Below are positions 1 through 12,877 of a DNA stretch of 64,000 nt, piece after piece. The stretch covers positions 37,572,001-37,636,000 of the forward strand of contig CM126226.1 of assembly GCA_052327205.1 (NCBI GenBank), given 5' to 3'. The translations under genes were made by a program, and so were the position numbers. Positions within the stretch are counted from its first letter, which is position 1. Each line of letters begins with the position of its first letter. Under the pieces are notes generated by a model that made no database searches, was not told where the DNA came from, and worked only from the letters and a program-made list of their open reading frames with translations. The stretch comes from Somniosus microcephalus (taxonomy: Eukaryota).

Positions 1-412
1 CTTGGCTCCCGGTCCGTCAATGCCTCAATTTAAAAATTCTCATCCTTGTTTTCAAATCCCTCCATGGCTTCGCCCCGCCCTATTTCTGTAACTGCCTCCA
101 GCCCTACAACCCTCCGAGATCTCTCCACTTCTGGCCTCTTGCACATCCCCGATTTTAATTGCTCCACCATTGGCGGTCATGCCTTCAGCAGCCGAAGCCC
201 TAAGCTCTGGAATTCCCTCCCTAAGCCTCTCTGCCTCTCTACCTCTCTTTCCTCCTTTAAGACGCTCCTTTAAACCTACCTCTTTGACCAAACTTTTGGT
301 CACCTGTTCTAATATTTCCTTATGTGGCTCAGTGTCAAATTTTGTTTGATAATACTCCTGTGACATGCCTTGGGACGTTTAACTATAGGCGCTATATAAA
401 TGCAAGTTGTTC
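1..412 (+). mobile_element. L2-clade LINE, 3' end fragment
   Basis: Encodes L2 ORF2 C-terminal motifs (WLPV..FKILILVFKSLHG.APPY; AFS...PKLWNSLP; SSFKTLL) and ends in ...GCTATATAAATGCAAGTTGTT. The same sequence recurs at 13640, 43618 and 62900. Confidence 0.85.
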
Positions 413-944
413 ATGGGACAACATGTTATCACCTCCAAGGGAAGCTTCTGACGAGCCTCAGTTCCTACTCGACTCTGATGGGGTTGTAGTTTTGCACTGG
501 CGGGAAGTCGCACTGCAGCAGGTGATCCATGTTTTACAATGTGATTTCCAGGTTATTGATATATTTTCTCAGCAACAGACACTGATTGAGTCAATGTGCC
601 TCTTCTATTTAGTAACCCAGTAACTTTTCGTGCAAGTCAATTCAACAGAAGAGACTTTCCCGTTAAAAAATGTCTGTCTGTTGGACTGGGTGTGTCAGGG
701 TATCTTCTCAACTGGAGTATTCTGCTCTTTCTGAATTAAAGAAAACAATTAGAATTTCTATTTTGCTCTTAACCCTCCCTGAGATTTTACAAACTCCAAA
801 TCTCATACGCAGCTGAGAGAAGTTGCATTCGTGCAGTTGTAGTGTGGGAGTGGGGGGTGGGGGCTGGTTGCTGTGAGGTATGTGATCTGACTTATAAAGC
901 TGTACAATGTGTTTTGCAGACAAGGTAGTGCCAATTGTTGGAGG

Positions 945-1808
945 GGTCGGTGGCTGGAAGATCTTCGGAAGCATCGGGGGCTGGAGGATCTTCGGCGGGG
1001 TCAGGGGGTGGAGGATCTTCGGCGGGGTCGGGGGGGTGGAGGATCCTCAGAGGGGTCAGGGGGTGGAGGATCCTCGGAGGGGTCAGGGGGTGGAGGATCC
1101 TCGGAGGGGTCAGGGAGTGGAGGATCCTCGGAGATGTCAGGGGGTGGAGGATCCTCGGAGGGGTCGGGGTGGAGGATCCTCGGAGGGGTCAGGGGGTGGA
1201 GGATCCTCGGAGGGGTCAGGGGGTGGAGGATCCTCGGAGGGGTCGGGGTGGAGGATCCTCGGAGGGGTCAGGGGGTGGAGGATCTTCGGAGGGGTCAGGG
1301 GTGGAGGATCCTCGGCGGGGTCAGGGGGTGGAGGATCCTCGGAGTGGTCGGGGTGGAGGATCCTCGGAGGGATCACGGGGTGGAGGATCTTCGGCGGGAT
1401 CAGGAGGTGGAGGATCTTCGGCAGGGTCAGGGGGTGGAGGATCCTCGGGGGGGTGGAGGATCCTCGGAGGGGTCACGGGGTGGAGGATCTTCGGCGGGGT
1501 CGGGGGGTGGAGGATCCTCGGAGGGGTTGGGGGGGTGGAGGATTTTCGGCGGGATCAGGGGGTGGAGGATCCTCGGAGGGGTTGGGGGGGTGGTTGGGGG
1601 GGGTGGAGGATCCTCGGAGGGGTCACGGGGTGGAGGATCTTCGGCGGGATCAAGGGGTGGAGGATCTTCGGCGGGGTCAGGGGGTGGAGAATCCTCGGAG
1701 CGGTCAGGGGGGTGGAGGATCTTCGGCGAGGTCAGGGGGTGGAGGATCCTCGGAGGGGTCAGGGAGTGGAGGATCTTCGGAGGGGTCGGGGGGTGGCGGA
1801 TTCTCGGA
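945..1808. repeat. G-rich minisatellite, 27-bp unit GGGGTGGAGGATCCTCGGAGGGGTCAG, about 32 copies
   Basis: Directly visible tandem units, with 9-aa periodicity (GVEDPRRGQ) in the ORF track. Most units carry the palindrome GAGGATCCTC. Confidence 0.95.
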
Positions 1809-1809
1809 G

Positions 1810-2165
1810 AGAGAGTGAGTGCAACACTGTTGTGATGCTCTGGATGCACTTGTCGACACTGCTCCCCAGAGCCAAGATGGCAGCAGAAGCTATCAGCAGA
1901 AGCCCCTTCAAAGTCGTGCTCATGGAGTTGTCTACTCTCTCCATGTTTGACAGAATGGTATCCGTGCTCTGCATGAAGCCCCAACTTAAGTTGGAACTGG
2001 ACTCCTCCATGCTCTGAGCGAATGTGGCCAAGCTCAATGGCTGGTTGCCCAGTGTACCTAGCATTTCTTGCTGAATGCCAATCAGTCTTCTATGGTAGCC
2101 TGGGCCCTCAAAGTCTTCATCTAAAATCTCTACAGCAGATCTAGTATGCGATCTCGCACCTGTGA
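1810..2165 (-). mobile_element. Probable decayed PIF/Harbinger accessory (Myb/SANT-like) ORF fragment
   Basis: Open frame DEDFEGPGYHRRLIGIQQEMLGTL..MEESSSNLSWGFMQSTDTILSNMERV resembles the helical C-terminal part of shark Harbinger-derived Myb-like proteins (from memory, unverified). A Harbinger-like terminus lies at about 3310. Confidence 0.4.
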
Positions 2166-2189
2166 TACCAATCAAGTGAACAGACACAA

Positions 2190-2800
2190 AAAGCAATCAA
2201 AACTGCTAATGGAATGTTGACCTTTATCTCAAGGGGTTTGGAATACAAAGGAGAGGAAATTATGCTTAAGGTATACGGAGTCATGGTCTAGAATACTGCG
2301 TTTAGTTCTGGGCACCACACCTCAGGAAGGATATATTGGCCTTGGAGGGGGTGCAGCGCAGATTCACCAGAGCTAAAAGTGTTAAATTATAAGGACTGTT
2401 TGCAGAATATGGCTTGTATTCTCTAGAGTGTGGAAGATTGAGGGGTGATCTAATCGAAGTGTTTAAAATGATTCGATAGGGTAGATGAAGAGAAACTAGT
2501 TCCTCTGGTGGAGGAATCCAGAATAAGGGGTCATCATTTTAAAATGAGATCCAAGTCATTCAGGAGTATAATCAGGAAGCAATTCTTCAGATAAAAGGTA
2601 GTAGCAATCTAGAACTCTGTTCCTCAAAAGGTTGTGGATGCTGGGTCAATTAAAACATTCAAGACTGAGATCGATAGATTTTTGTTAGCTAAGGGTATCA
2701 AGTGATATGGAGTTAAGATACAGATCAGCCATGAGCTAATTGAATGGTAGAACAGGCTTGAGGGGCTGAATGGCCTTCTCCTATTTTTGTGTTCCTATGT
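2190..2800 (+). mobile_element. CR1 LINE 3' fragment
   Basis: Decayed ORF2 end (ANGMLTFISRG, LEGVQRRFT, LRGDLIEVFKM) followed by the CR1 3' UTR GGGCTGAATGGCCT..TTCCTATGT. Confidence 0.9.
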
Positions 2801-2847
2801 TCAGGAAGGCTGACCTCCCTAATATGGTATAGGGGCGTCCACATTTT

Positions 2848-3310
2848 CGGGTTGGGTGGGGGATGGTCAGGTGCTGCACATCGGCGATCGGAGGCCTAGT
2901 TGTGTGGGGGCAGGTCAGAGGCCTCGGGGGTGGGGGGGGGGAGATTGGAAGGATGAGGGCATTGTCTGACCATGGGGGGTTGGCGAGGCAGGGACGCTGG
3001 ATCCAGCAGGTAAGTGGAAAGGCACTTACCTCCTGGATCCAGCAGTCCTCGCCTTCCTTTAGCTGGCGGGTTCCCCGAGGCCTGGGAAACCCGGCCAGCC
3101 ACAGTTAAATTTAAAATGGTGGACCACCATGAAGCACACAGCCTCATTATAATATTTAAAGTGCCAACCCGCCTCCGAGGAGCGGTTGAGGCTGCCTGGC
3201 CCCCTGTCCTGCCTCCGTTAAAACCGGAAGTGGGCGGGATTCAGATTTTAAACTCTTTTTAACATCCCACCCGACCCCAACCCACCAGTTTTTTGGGGTT
3301 GAAATTCCCT
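2848..3310. mobile_element. GC-rich non-autonomous DNA transposon fragment (Harbinger-like end)
   Basis: CpG-rich body ending in GGGGTTGAAATTCCCT, similar in style to the GGG..AATT TIRs at 21938 and 51214. Confidence 0.45.
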
Positions 3311-3856
3311 CATTGTTGGGGAAGAGTAAAAGGAGCTTTGCTAACCCTCCTTATCCCTGTGAGTGCCTGATTCTGAACTGGGGCTCAAATTGAGACACGA
3401 TTCCATTCCCGACTTGATGAGTACAAATTACTTAGGACATTTTTCAATATGTTGACACATTGAATGGAAAAATGGTGCACAAAATGATTGCTGGAAGAAG
3501 CATTATCAGCAGGACATCTCATATACTGCGATCTTGTTAGGCACATAGAAGTGTATAATTTGTAGGTATCACGCGTTGCAGGTTTGATAGCCCGTGAAAA
3601 TGTGGATTGTTCAGTACCTGTCAGATTTTAGTTACACATCTAACCCATGATTGTACCCTTCACCTTCTAAAATATGCGGGGAAAGTAATTCTGCTTCATA
3701 ATATAAGAGGCACTAGGAATTAATGATACATGGATGCTTTCTGTCGACAGTAGGCAGGAAACAAAAGGAATTCTGGTGCTGTGGTGGTACAGTAATAACC
3801 TGCGGTGGAGCAGAGTATTTAGTAATACATTAAAATGCTGCTTCCCCTCACTCTTT

Positions 3857-3912
3857 CGCTCTCGCTCTCTCTCTGTCACACTCACACTCACACACACACA
3901 CACACACACACT
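3857..3912. repeat. (CT)n/(CA)n microsatellite
   Basis: ctctcgctctctctctgtcacactcacactcacacacacacacacacaca. Confidence 0.9.
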
Positions 3913-5529
3913 GCTGTGATGCCATATTTGTAGTCTTGAAAATTGTGTTGATTAATGAGGCAGCGATGAGGTACTGACAGTGAGTAATGTCACAGTGCTA
4001 TCTAACAGGACAGAGGTAGATCCCTCCTGAACTCTCAAATGATCAGCTGATGCGAGAGAAGACTGTAATAGCCAGCACCCTCAATAGCCTTCCCATCCCT
4101 TTCCTCTCAACCAGAACAGTGGATTATAGATTGGCAAAACATCCCAACTTCAGTCGGAAAGGCGGGCAAGAGGGAGTTATTCAGGAACAACAAACAGAAA
4201 GCAGAGATTGCAGCTCTTTTCTTCTCTCTATAATAGGTAAAAAGACATTCCACTGAAGGCAGTGCGTCATTCAGGTCTCCTGTGACAGATTTTAATTTTT
4301 CTCGTCCTTCATGGTGATTGGAAGAACAGCCCTCCAATTTTGTGTTTGTAATTGAATTCTATTATGCTCCAGCATTGTACAGTGACTGACTCTGATTGGA
4401 ATCAACCATTGCGGTCATTGCAGCTTAAATAGGCAACCAGTCCCCGAGCTGCCTCCAGAGAAATGGTGCAGTACGTTGGGGCTGGACTCGCTTATACGTT
4501 TGACTTAACTCCGTTGTGTTTAATTTTTTTTGCAAAGCCTCTGCACTTCAAAACTGTGGGAGAACCAAAAATAAAAGCAATCCCACTGTGATGATATCAC
4601 TGAACATCCTAATGTGCCCAGCCATTCATATTTATAGAGGTACTTTCTTCATGAGCGAGTGTTTGGTAACTCTCTCCTGTTTTGCAGGGGAGCAGAGCTA
4701 TGCATTATTCTGGTCACAATTATGTCAATGTGCAAGTATTGCAATTATGTCCCTTTCTCCTTCCCCTGATGGGGTTGATTCTTGCTGAATACTGTTCTAC
4801 AGGCACTGGTATCTCACCCAAGTGACCATTCTTCATATGTGAGCTCAGACGGTGGGTGTCAGCAGGCTATTTGACTGCAGGAAGCATCACAGTTCCACAT
4901 CACTCCGCTATTGGGGAAGCTGGTGATCCATAGTGACAAAATTTGCATCATTGTGCCATGTGTTTACCAAACACTTTTCACCTGGATGGTGCCCCTTCAG
5001 ATTCATACTGCTGCCAAACAGCTGCAACACGCAGCTTTGATGTGGTAAGATGCAAGTTTGCTCCTGTCACTTTCACCATGATGTGTTCCTGATTTCAGCT
5101 GCATTGTCAAAGATGGGATTGAGGTGCAAAACTGTGACTGATAGAAGAGAATATCTTGGATCTGCCCTTGTGCACAACCATCAAGGCCTAAAAACAAATC
5201 ATGTTCCCAACAGCTCAGTTGGACAATGGTGAATGGTGCAGAGTGGGGCAGGGTGGAACTGAAAGAGACTGGAGAAAATTTGTTTTAAAATAGGGTAAAT
5301 AATTTCATGAGAAATGATTTAAGTTTATTTTTATGTGTTCATTTCGATTACCTTCCCTCCATTGCTGAAACAAATTTTGAAAACCAATGTTGCTCACCAC
5401 ATTTAAAATGGTGATCAACACAGTTGAGCCATTTTTTAAAAATTGGTCAGTGTGTGAATGATTACTATTGTCTGTCTGTGAAATGGGGAACTAATCATGA
5501 ACCTGGCCCCCACCAATTCTAATGAGCAC

Positions 5530-6275
5530 CCTCTCTTCCAATCACCAGCCTCAATCTCGACCTCCTCCAATCACCAGCCTCAACCTCAGCCTCCTCCAAT
5601 CACCAGCCTCCACCTCCTCCACCAGCCTCAGCCTCCTCCAATCACCAGCCTCAGCCTCCTCCAATCATCAGCCTCAGCCTCCTCCAATCATCAGCCTCAG
5701 CCTCCTCCAATCATCACCCTCAGCCTCCTCCAATCATCAGCCTCAGCCTCCTCCAATCATCAGCCTCAGCCTCCTCCAATCACCAGCCTCCTCCAATCAC
5801 CAGCCTTAGCCTCCTCCAATCACCAGCTTTCATCTCCAATCACCAGCTTTCATCTCCTATCACCAGCTTTCATCTCCTCCAATCACCCGCCTCAGCCTCC
5901 TCCAATCACCCGCCTCAGCCTCCTCCAATCACCCGCCTCAGCCTCCTCCAATCACCCGCCTCAGCCTCCTCCAATCACCCGCCTCAGCCTCCTCCAATCA
6001 TCAGCCTCAGCCTCCTCCAATCACCCGCCTCAGCCTCAGCCTCCTCCAATCACCCGCCTCAGCCTCAGCCTCAGCCTCCTCCAATCACCCGCCTCAGCCT
6101 CAGCCTCCTCCAATCACCCGCCTCAGCCTCCTCCAATCACCCGCCTCGGCCTCAGCCTCCTCCAATCACCCGCCTCGGCCTCAGCCTCCTCCAATCACCC
6201 GCCTCGGCCTCAGCCTCCTCCAATCACCCGCCACGGCCTCAGCCTCCTTTAATCATCAGCCTCCTCCAATTACGA
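5530..6275. repeat. C-rich minisatellite, about 23-bp unit (TCAGCCTCCTCCAATCACCMGCC), about 30 copies
   Basis: Visible tandem units with a variable number of CCTCAG sub-repeats. Produces the spurious ORFs at 5497 and 5522. Confidence 0.95.
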
Positions 6276-7534
6276 GCCTCAACATTCCCCAATTACCAAC
6301 CATAACCTTCTCCAACAGCAGTTCCAAGCTTTTCCAATCAACAATCCCAGCCCTCAGCAAAGTTTGCCAGCAGCCCCAGCTTCTGTAATCCGCCCCACCT
6401 CCTCCATTCTAAAGCTCCTCTCCAGACTTGGCATTCAGGACTGAGAGGGATGGTAGCTGTGAGCCCACACTCTACCGCCCTGTGATGTTGTGTATCATCA
6501 CTCTATGCCAGTGTGTTGCTAGAGATAACTAGAAAAGAGCTGAATTGTTTACCAGTTGCAAAGTTAGCCAATTAGGGAGTGAATGTATTTGCTTTTGACG
6601 TCAATATTGCTGAGAGCATTCCACAACATGTCGCAATGTAACATTCGTTAGCTAGATTAGTGGACAAATAAAGACAAATTTGTTAGATACTGCTATCAGC
6701 AACCAGCAAACTGATGAGTGGCCACCAGGCTAAACAATGAGGCTTGTGTCTGAAACTAGGTCCACCTAGGGCTGTGGTTTCCACTCAGTAACGTGTATGA
6801 CCCAGTTTCCAAACAATCGCTTCTGCTTGGCAACTTGTACAGATTTGCTTGTGGAATGTGGGCACACGCCAGTAACAAACAGCCACATCACTATTCTGTT
6901 GTGGGGACGGGGGTTGCTTTTTCGATTTACAAGGATGACATTTCCTTGGTTGTCGGGGGCGGGGAGTGCCTTTCTGTCTGTCGCATCCAAGGCAGGAGAA
7001 GAGCGTTAAGTGAAAATGGAAAAGTTCATTCCAATTTTAAAAAAATAAATAAAAAATAAATTTGTGGCAAGAAAGTCTATTCAAAATTGGCAGTGACTGA
7101 TTGTAACTGGGGCTCCTCAATCACATTTAACAGGTCAGGGGCCCTGATAGTTTCTGCCAGTCAATTAGGAAGAGAGAGGCAGCTGCACCATTTAACTTAT
7201 TTACATGCGTGTTTCTAATCCGAGGTGACACTGACTTTATTTTGATCGGGTCACACATTACACAGAACACAGCTCTCTGAAACATCTCAATCTGGAAGGT
7301 CTCGGGGACAGACCTGTCAACTCTCACTTATTTGGTGTGAGACTCGCACATTTGGGTTTAAAAATTTAACCCATCTCTCCGATCCAAGCATTTAAGATCA
7401 GTCTCATTATTTTGATCATATAAACTTTACTCTTAACATTTGAAATAAAATTGAAAATGCGCAGTGTGAATGCCATTGTCGGAAAAGAGAAAATACAGGT
7501 TGACATTTAAGATCAAGACCCTTTGGCAGTCAAT

Positions 7535-7790
7535 GCAGCTTGGGTTAGCACTCTTGCCTCTGAGTCAGAAGGTTGTGGGTTCAAGTCCCACTCCCGGACT
7601 GAGTGCTTAGTCTAGGCTGACACTCCAGTGTGCAGTACTGAGGGAGTACTGCATTTCTGATGAGATGTTAAACTCTGCTTGTTCTGGTGGATGCTGAAGA
7701 TCCCACAGCACTATTTAATGAAGAATGGGGTTTTCCCGATGTCCTGGCCAATATTTTCCCCCCAAACTAAGTCACCAAAAACAGATTTTA
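7535..7790 (+). mobile_element. Deu-domain SINE, partial
   Basis: tRNA-like head (GGTTCAAGTCCC B box) followed by the Deu core TAGGCTGACACTCCAGTG..CAGTACTGAGGGAG. Confidence 0.85.
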
Positions 7791-9844
7791 TTGCGGATTT
7801 TTCGCATTTGCAGTTTCTTGTTCTTTTTCTTTCAGCCTTAATGTTTCTCCTGTTTTGCTGTTTCCCCCTGTTCCTCCCTCTCCCTCTCCCTCCCCATTCC
7901 CCTCCCTCTCCCTCCCCATTCCCCTCCCTCTGCCTGCCCATTCCCCTCCCCCAGTTCTGACTAAACAAGATAAATGCCAAAAGAATATTGTAAGCTCTAA
8001 AAGTTTATTTAAAAGCAAAGTTTGTACAACAGACTTAGGGCAGCAATCTGTTCTCAAAGCGCTGGTTTGTGCCGGGTACATAGTTCCACCAGTGCTGGAC
8101 TGCCCACATCGCCATGTATCATCTGTGAGCCTGGGCACTGAGTGTCATCAGAGAATCACAGTCAACCCTATGTTCACCCAACGTCCGCACCAGCACACAC
8201 ACTCGCTCACACGTTCACACACACAGTCTTGTTACATTATTGGCAGTAAATCTGTTTACACAGCAATTTTTCACAAGGATAGGTAGATTTTCACCTTTAC
8301 CACCTGGAAGGATTTGCTGATAGGGTGAGATGTGGTGGGGTGGGAGGAGGCTGTTGTGGAGCATAAACTCCGGCATGGATCAGTAGGGCCGAATGGCCTG
8401 TTTCTGTGCTGTAGATTCTATGTAAAAATCAGGGTGTGTGATAGCCGTAGCTGCGATATTGTTAAAATAGCGGGCGAAGGAATTCCATCTGAACGCATTT
8501 GCACCTCCCCCTCCCCTTTGGAAGCGCACCGACATGCTGACTACTATTACAGAGAGTCAGCTAATGGGGTGAATAACCTATAAACAGATTTTTAAAAGCT
8601 GCAAAGAGGTGAAAAGCACTGGAAGATGTCAGAGATCATTTCAGTCAGGCTGTGAAAATACAGAGAAAGAGCTGTCTGAGGTCACTGGTGGCATTCGATG
8701 TAGGGGTCCCTTGGGGTGTTGCTGAGGTGTGAGGAGACCTGAAAATAGAAACCGACAATTGCTCTCCGTTCCCCTTCAGTAAACCTTTTTCTTCTTTTTA
8801 ATATTAAAGTAATTAGGTTTAAATTTATAAATGTTTTGGAGTTTTTGACGGGGCTCCTTATTTTGCTTTTATTATCTTCTGAGAAAAGAATCATGCAGCT
8901 TTAAGAATGCTGTCTATCGTTAGAAGAGCATTTCCCAGATAGTGCTCTCCACACTACTCTGCCCCCCTCCAATCCCCATCCCGATGACCCGCTTCACTTC
9001 TTGGCGCACTACTGCAGAATGAATGCCAATTGTACTGAATCACAAGGCCAGTTCTGTGCTTGTTGATGCCGCCCGCTGGGAGCTCGAGCGAGAGGCTGCC
9101 CCAACACGTCTTGTTTTGGACCCTCAAACGTCCATTAAACAGAGGAGACATTAGTCTCATACGTAATGAGCCAAGGTCTTGGAGGAGAAGGAACTGCAGG
9201 AGACCAGCTGGCTTACCGGGTCAGGCCACCATCCTGACAGGGTTACCAATTGGCAAAGCCCCAGAGAGATGTAGATGGTTTAACAAAACTGAGAATTAAT
9301 GACGAGATTCTTTTTTTTTCCCCTTAGTAATAATAAGCTGTCTGTCTGTCACTTGCCCTGTTATCACTTGTGGGGAGTCTGCTTCTGTTTTTTTTGTTTT
9401 CCTACACTTTTCTATTTCTCCAATTTGCCCTCTCCAGGTTTCCCTCGTGCTACTTTCCCCTTATCTCTCTGTTTGCTTCCCTGCTGCTTCTCCGTGCTTC
9501 CATTTCTTTGCTCTCTCTCTCTCTCTCTCTCTCCCTCTCCCTCTCCCATGGTACATTACATCCATGCACTGTGGCACCTGAACACTATTTACATTGTGGT
9601 AACTGAGAAGCTGAATTATTCCCATCATTGGACCCGCTCTTTGTACTTCGACTGTTGCCCATCACCGAATTGGGAGGTAAACTGGGAGTCTGCGCCCAGC
9701 TCACGGCTTCGAGATAGGAATAGCTGATGTATGCACCGACTGAATTAATGTTACCACCAAGCACAAGTGATCAGGTAAGGGTTGGCTTCACTTGCACCAG
9801 CAATTCCCTTCACAACAGTGCTTGCCTTTGCTGTTTGTGTCCAA

Positions 9845-10355
9845 CTTGCCTTGGAGGGAGTGCAATGAAGGTTCACTAGACTGATCCTGGGATGGGGGGA
9901 TTGTTTTATGAGAAGAGATTGAGTAGACTAGGCCTATATTCCTTAGAGTTTAGAAGAATGAGAGGTGATCTTATTGAAATGTATCAAATTCTTAAGGGGC
10001 TTGACGGGGTAGATGCTGGGGAGGATGTTTCCTCCCGGCTGGGGAGTTTAGAAGTAGGGGTCGCAGTCTCAGAATAGGAGGTCGGCCATTTAGGACTGAA
10101 ATGAGGAGAAATTTCTTCAGTCAAAGGGTTGTGAATCTTTGGAATTCTCTATCCCAGAGGGCTGTGGATGCTCAGTCGTTGAGTATATTCAAGACAGAGA
10201 TCGATAGATTTTTGGACACTAAGGGAACCAAGGGATATTGGGATAGGGCGGGAAGGTGGAGTTGAAGTAGAAGATCGGCCATGATCTTAGTGAATGGCGG
10301 AGCAGGCTCGAAGGGCCGGCTGGCCTACTCCTGCTCCTATTTCATAAGTTCTTAT
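9845..10355 (+). mobile_element. CR1 LINE 3' fragment
   Basis: YEKRLSRLGLYSLEFRRMRGDLIE followed by the 3' UTR TGGCCTACTCCTGCTCCTATT. Confidence 0.92.
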
Positions 10356-10439
10356 CTTCACAAATAATCAAGTTCGGAACACAATTGGGAACATGTCAGT
10401 GATATGCTTCTTACTACAGACTGTTAAACCGCCTAACGG

Positions 10440-10888
10440 TGTCAACCATGGCTCAGTGGGTAGCACTCTCGCCTAAGACAGAATGTTGTGAGTTCGAGTC
10501 CCACTCCAGAGACTTGAGCACAAAATCTCGGTTGACACTCCTAGTGCAGTACTGAGGGAGTGCTGCACTGTCGGAGGCACTGACTCAGATGAGACATTAA
10601 AACGAGTCCCAGTCAGCCCTCTCAGGTGGATGTAAAAGATCCTATGGCACTATTTCGAGAAAGAGCAGGGGAGTTATCCCTGGTGTCCTGGCCAATATTT
10701 ATCCCTCAACCAACATCACTAAAACAGATTATCTGGTCATTATTTGTGGGACCTTGCTGTGTGCAAATTGGCTGCTGCATTTCCTACATTACAACAGTGA
10801 CTACGCCTCAAAGTACTTCATTGGCTGTAAAGTGCTATGGGAAGTCCTGAGGTGTAGAAAGGCTCTATATAAACGCAGGTTCTTTTTT
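10440..10888 (+). mobile_element. Deu-domain SINE (SacSINE1/AmnSINE1-like), full length
   Basis: A box TGGCTCAGTGGG, B box GTTCGAGTCC, Deu domain, and an L2-like tail ..CTATATAAACGCAGGTTCTTTT. Confidence 0.9.
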
Positions 10889-11663
10889 AAACAATGTTCC
10901 CCTCTAATAATGAATTTTTCACCCTGGATGACATCCCTCTGCGGCCCCTGTTAATGATGCCACGTCAGCCCAGTGGATTACCAGAATAGGAATGCCCGAA
11001 TGTGTCGGAAGAAGCAGTAAAGTTTGTTGAATGACTTCAGACAAGCTGGATCTGGGATATTTTATTGCACTGAAATTTCCTCATGGAGCCACTTAATCGC
11101 GTTAGCTCAAAGTGAAACCCTCTGGCAGTGACAAAATGAGCCACATGTCCAGTGAGCAGTTGGCGTCCTAATTGGCAAGGACAGAAGGGTTCCAATCTAT
11201 CCATTGCACAGCCTGTTACTGTATAGATCAAGGTGGGGTATAGTACAGATGCTCAGGCACTAGGTGACACTAATGCATTTATGAATACTTTATCCAGTCC
11301 TGTTGCTGGGACATACCTTGGGGCAGAGCTTGGCTACTGCACCATCTTGTCCACATTAACTCCTTGGCTCCGATACAAGGACTCCTGGAAATTGGATGTG
11401 GCAGTCAAAATCCTAGATCAGCGCTGACAAAACGGAGCAAATCACTGAACCAATAAGTATTAGAAGGTTCTGTTTCCCTAGCTGCTCTGACCTGTCAGTG
11501 CTGTGTGCCATATGAGAAGGGGAGAGCAGCCAACACTTCAAACAGACAGATGGCAGCTATCCCCGAACCATCCTGATGCTGAGAGATCAACAATTGCACT
11601 GTCAACAGTGCATTTGACCCCAGATAATATCAAGGAGCTTGCAGTCTTTGCATTGCTATTGAC

Positions 11664-12057
11664 TTCAGCTGTGGCTCAGTTGATACCACTCTCGCCTCCG
11701 AGTCAAAAAAATGTTTTGTGTTCAAGCCCCACTCCAGAGACTTGAGCACAAAAATCTAGGCTGACACTCCAGTGTCGTATTGAGGGAGTTCTGCACTATC
11801 GGAGGTGCCGTCTATTGGATGAGACGTTAAACCGAGGCCCCGTCTGCTGTCTCAGGTGGATGTAAAAGATCCCATGGCACTATTTCGAAGAAGAGGTGGG
11901 GAGTTATCCCTGGTGCCCTGGCCAATATTTATCCCTCAATCAACGTCATTAAAACAGATGATCTGGTCATTATCACATTGCTGTTCGTGGGAGCTTGCTG
12001 TGCACAAATTGGCTGCCGCCGTTTCCTACATTACAACACTTCAAAAGTACTTCATTG
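11664..12057 (+). mobile_element. Deu-domain SINE
   Basis: Same head and Deu core as the 10440 copy. 3'-truncated where it meets an LF-SINE-like segment. Confidence 0.9.
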
Positions 12058-12190
12058 TAGATAGTGTAGAGGGAGCTTTACTCTGTATCTAACCCGTGCT
12101 GTACCTGCCGTAGGGGTGTTTGATAATGACTCTGGTACCTATGATGGAAAGAGTTCTGTTCCCCAGCACCAACATCCATCACTTGAAATG
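12058..12190 (+). mobile_element. 3' part of an LF-SINE-like element (dispersed monomer of the 67-bp satellite)
   Basis: TAGTGTAGAGGGAGCTTTACTCTGTATCTAACCCGTGCTGTACCTGCC is the reverse complement of the 50254-50842 repeat unit. Confidence 0.7.
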
Positions 12191-12877
12191 TCCACTTGGA
12201 CACAGTATTGAAGAATGGTGAACCCCTGTAAACATATCCCAATCAGAGTCAATGGAAGGCCATTGAAGTGGAGAGTATGAATGGGTTCAAGAGATGCCTT
12301 TCTGGAGAGGAAAGCTACTGAGGTATATTGTGAGAGGACAGATAGTGCAGTTGATCTATCAAAACACTATTCCATTCCTAAAATGTTTTTAGTCTTATCC
12401 TTTCTTGAGGGCAAGTGAGGCTTCTGCCAATGCTGGTTAATGTACAGGAGTAGGCCAGTAGATCACAGGGATTTTTACCTTGGCTTGTAGCGGAGCACGG
12501 CCTCTGATTGTAACCCTACCATCATGGGGGAGTGTTAATCAGTAAAACACCCCCTGGACCATCCAATGTGAACCTGTTCTCTAACAGGTTAGAACTGCAA
12601 TGCTCTATGTCACAATACCACTCACCAAATACTGAGTAAGCAATAAATAAAGGTCCTTGAACAGTTAATGTGCTGCTTTGTAACATATTTAACATGTCAT
12701 GTGGCTTTAAATTATTAGATGTTAAACTAGTCCATTCAAAGCTGCTGTATCCCATATTGGCTGCAAAGTTAATATATATTTTTACCAAACTAGGAGTGAG
12801 AGGATCCATCTTGTTAGAAGCTCGTGTCTGTCAAGGCCTCTTCCACTGGTGCAGATTGTAAATACATTGCCCATACA

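Noticed and set aside
907-2017. Gly/Ser-rich ORFs of 300-360 aa
   Set aside because: Translations of the 27-bp minisatellite in all frames.
5497-6252. 251-aa Pro/Ser/Gln-rich protein
   Set aside because: Translation of the 23-bp repeat.
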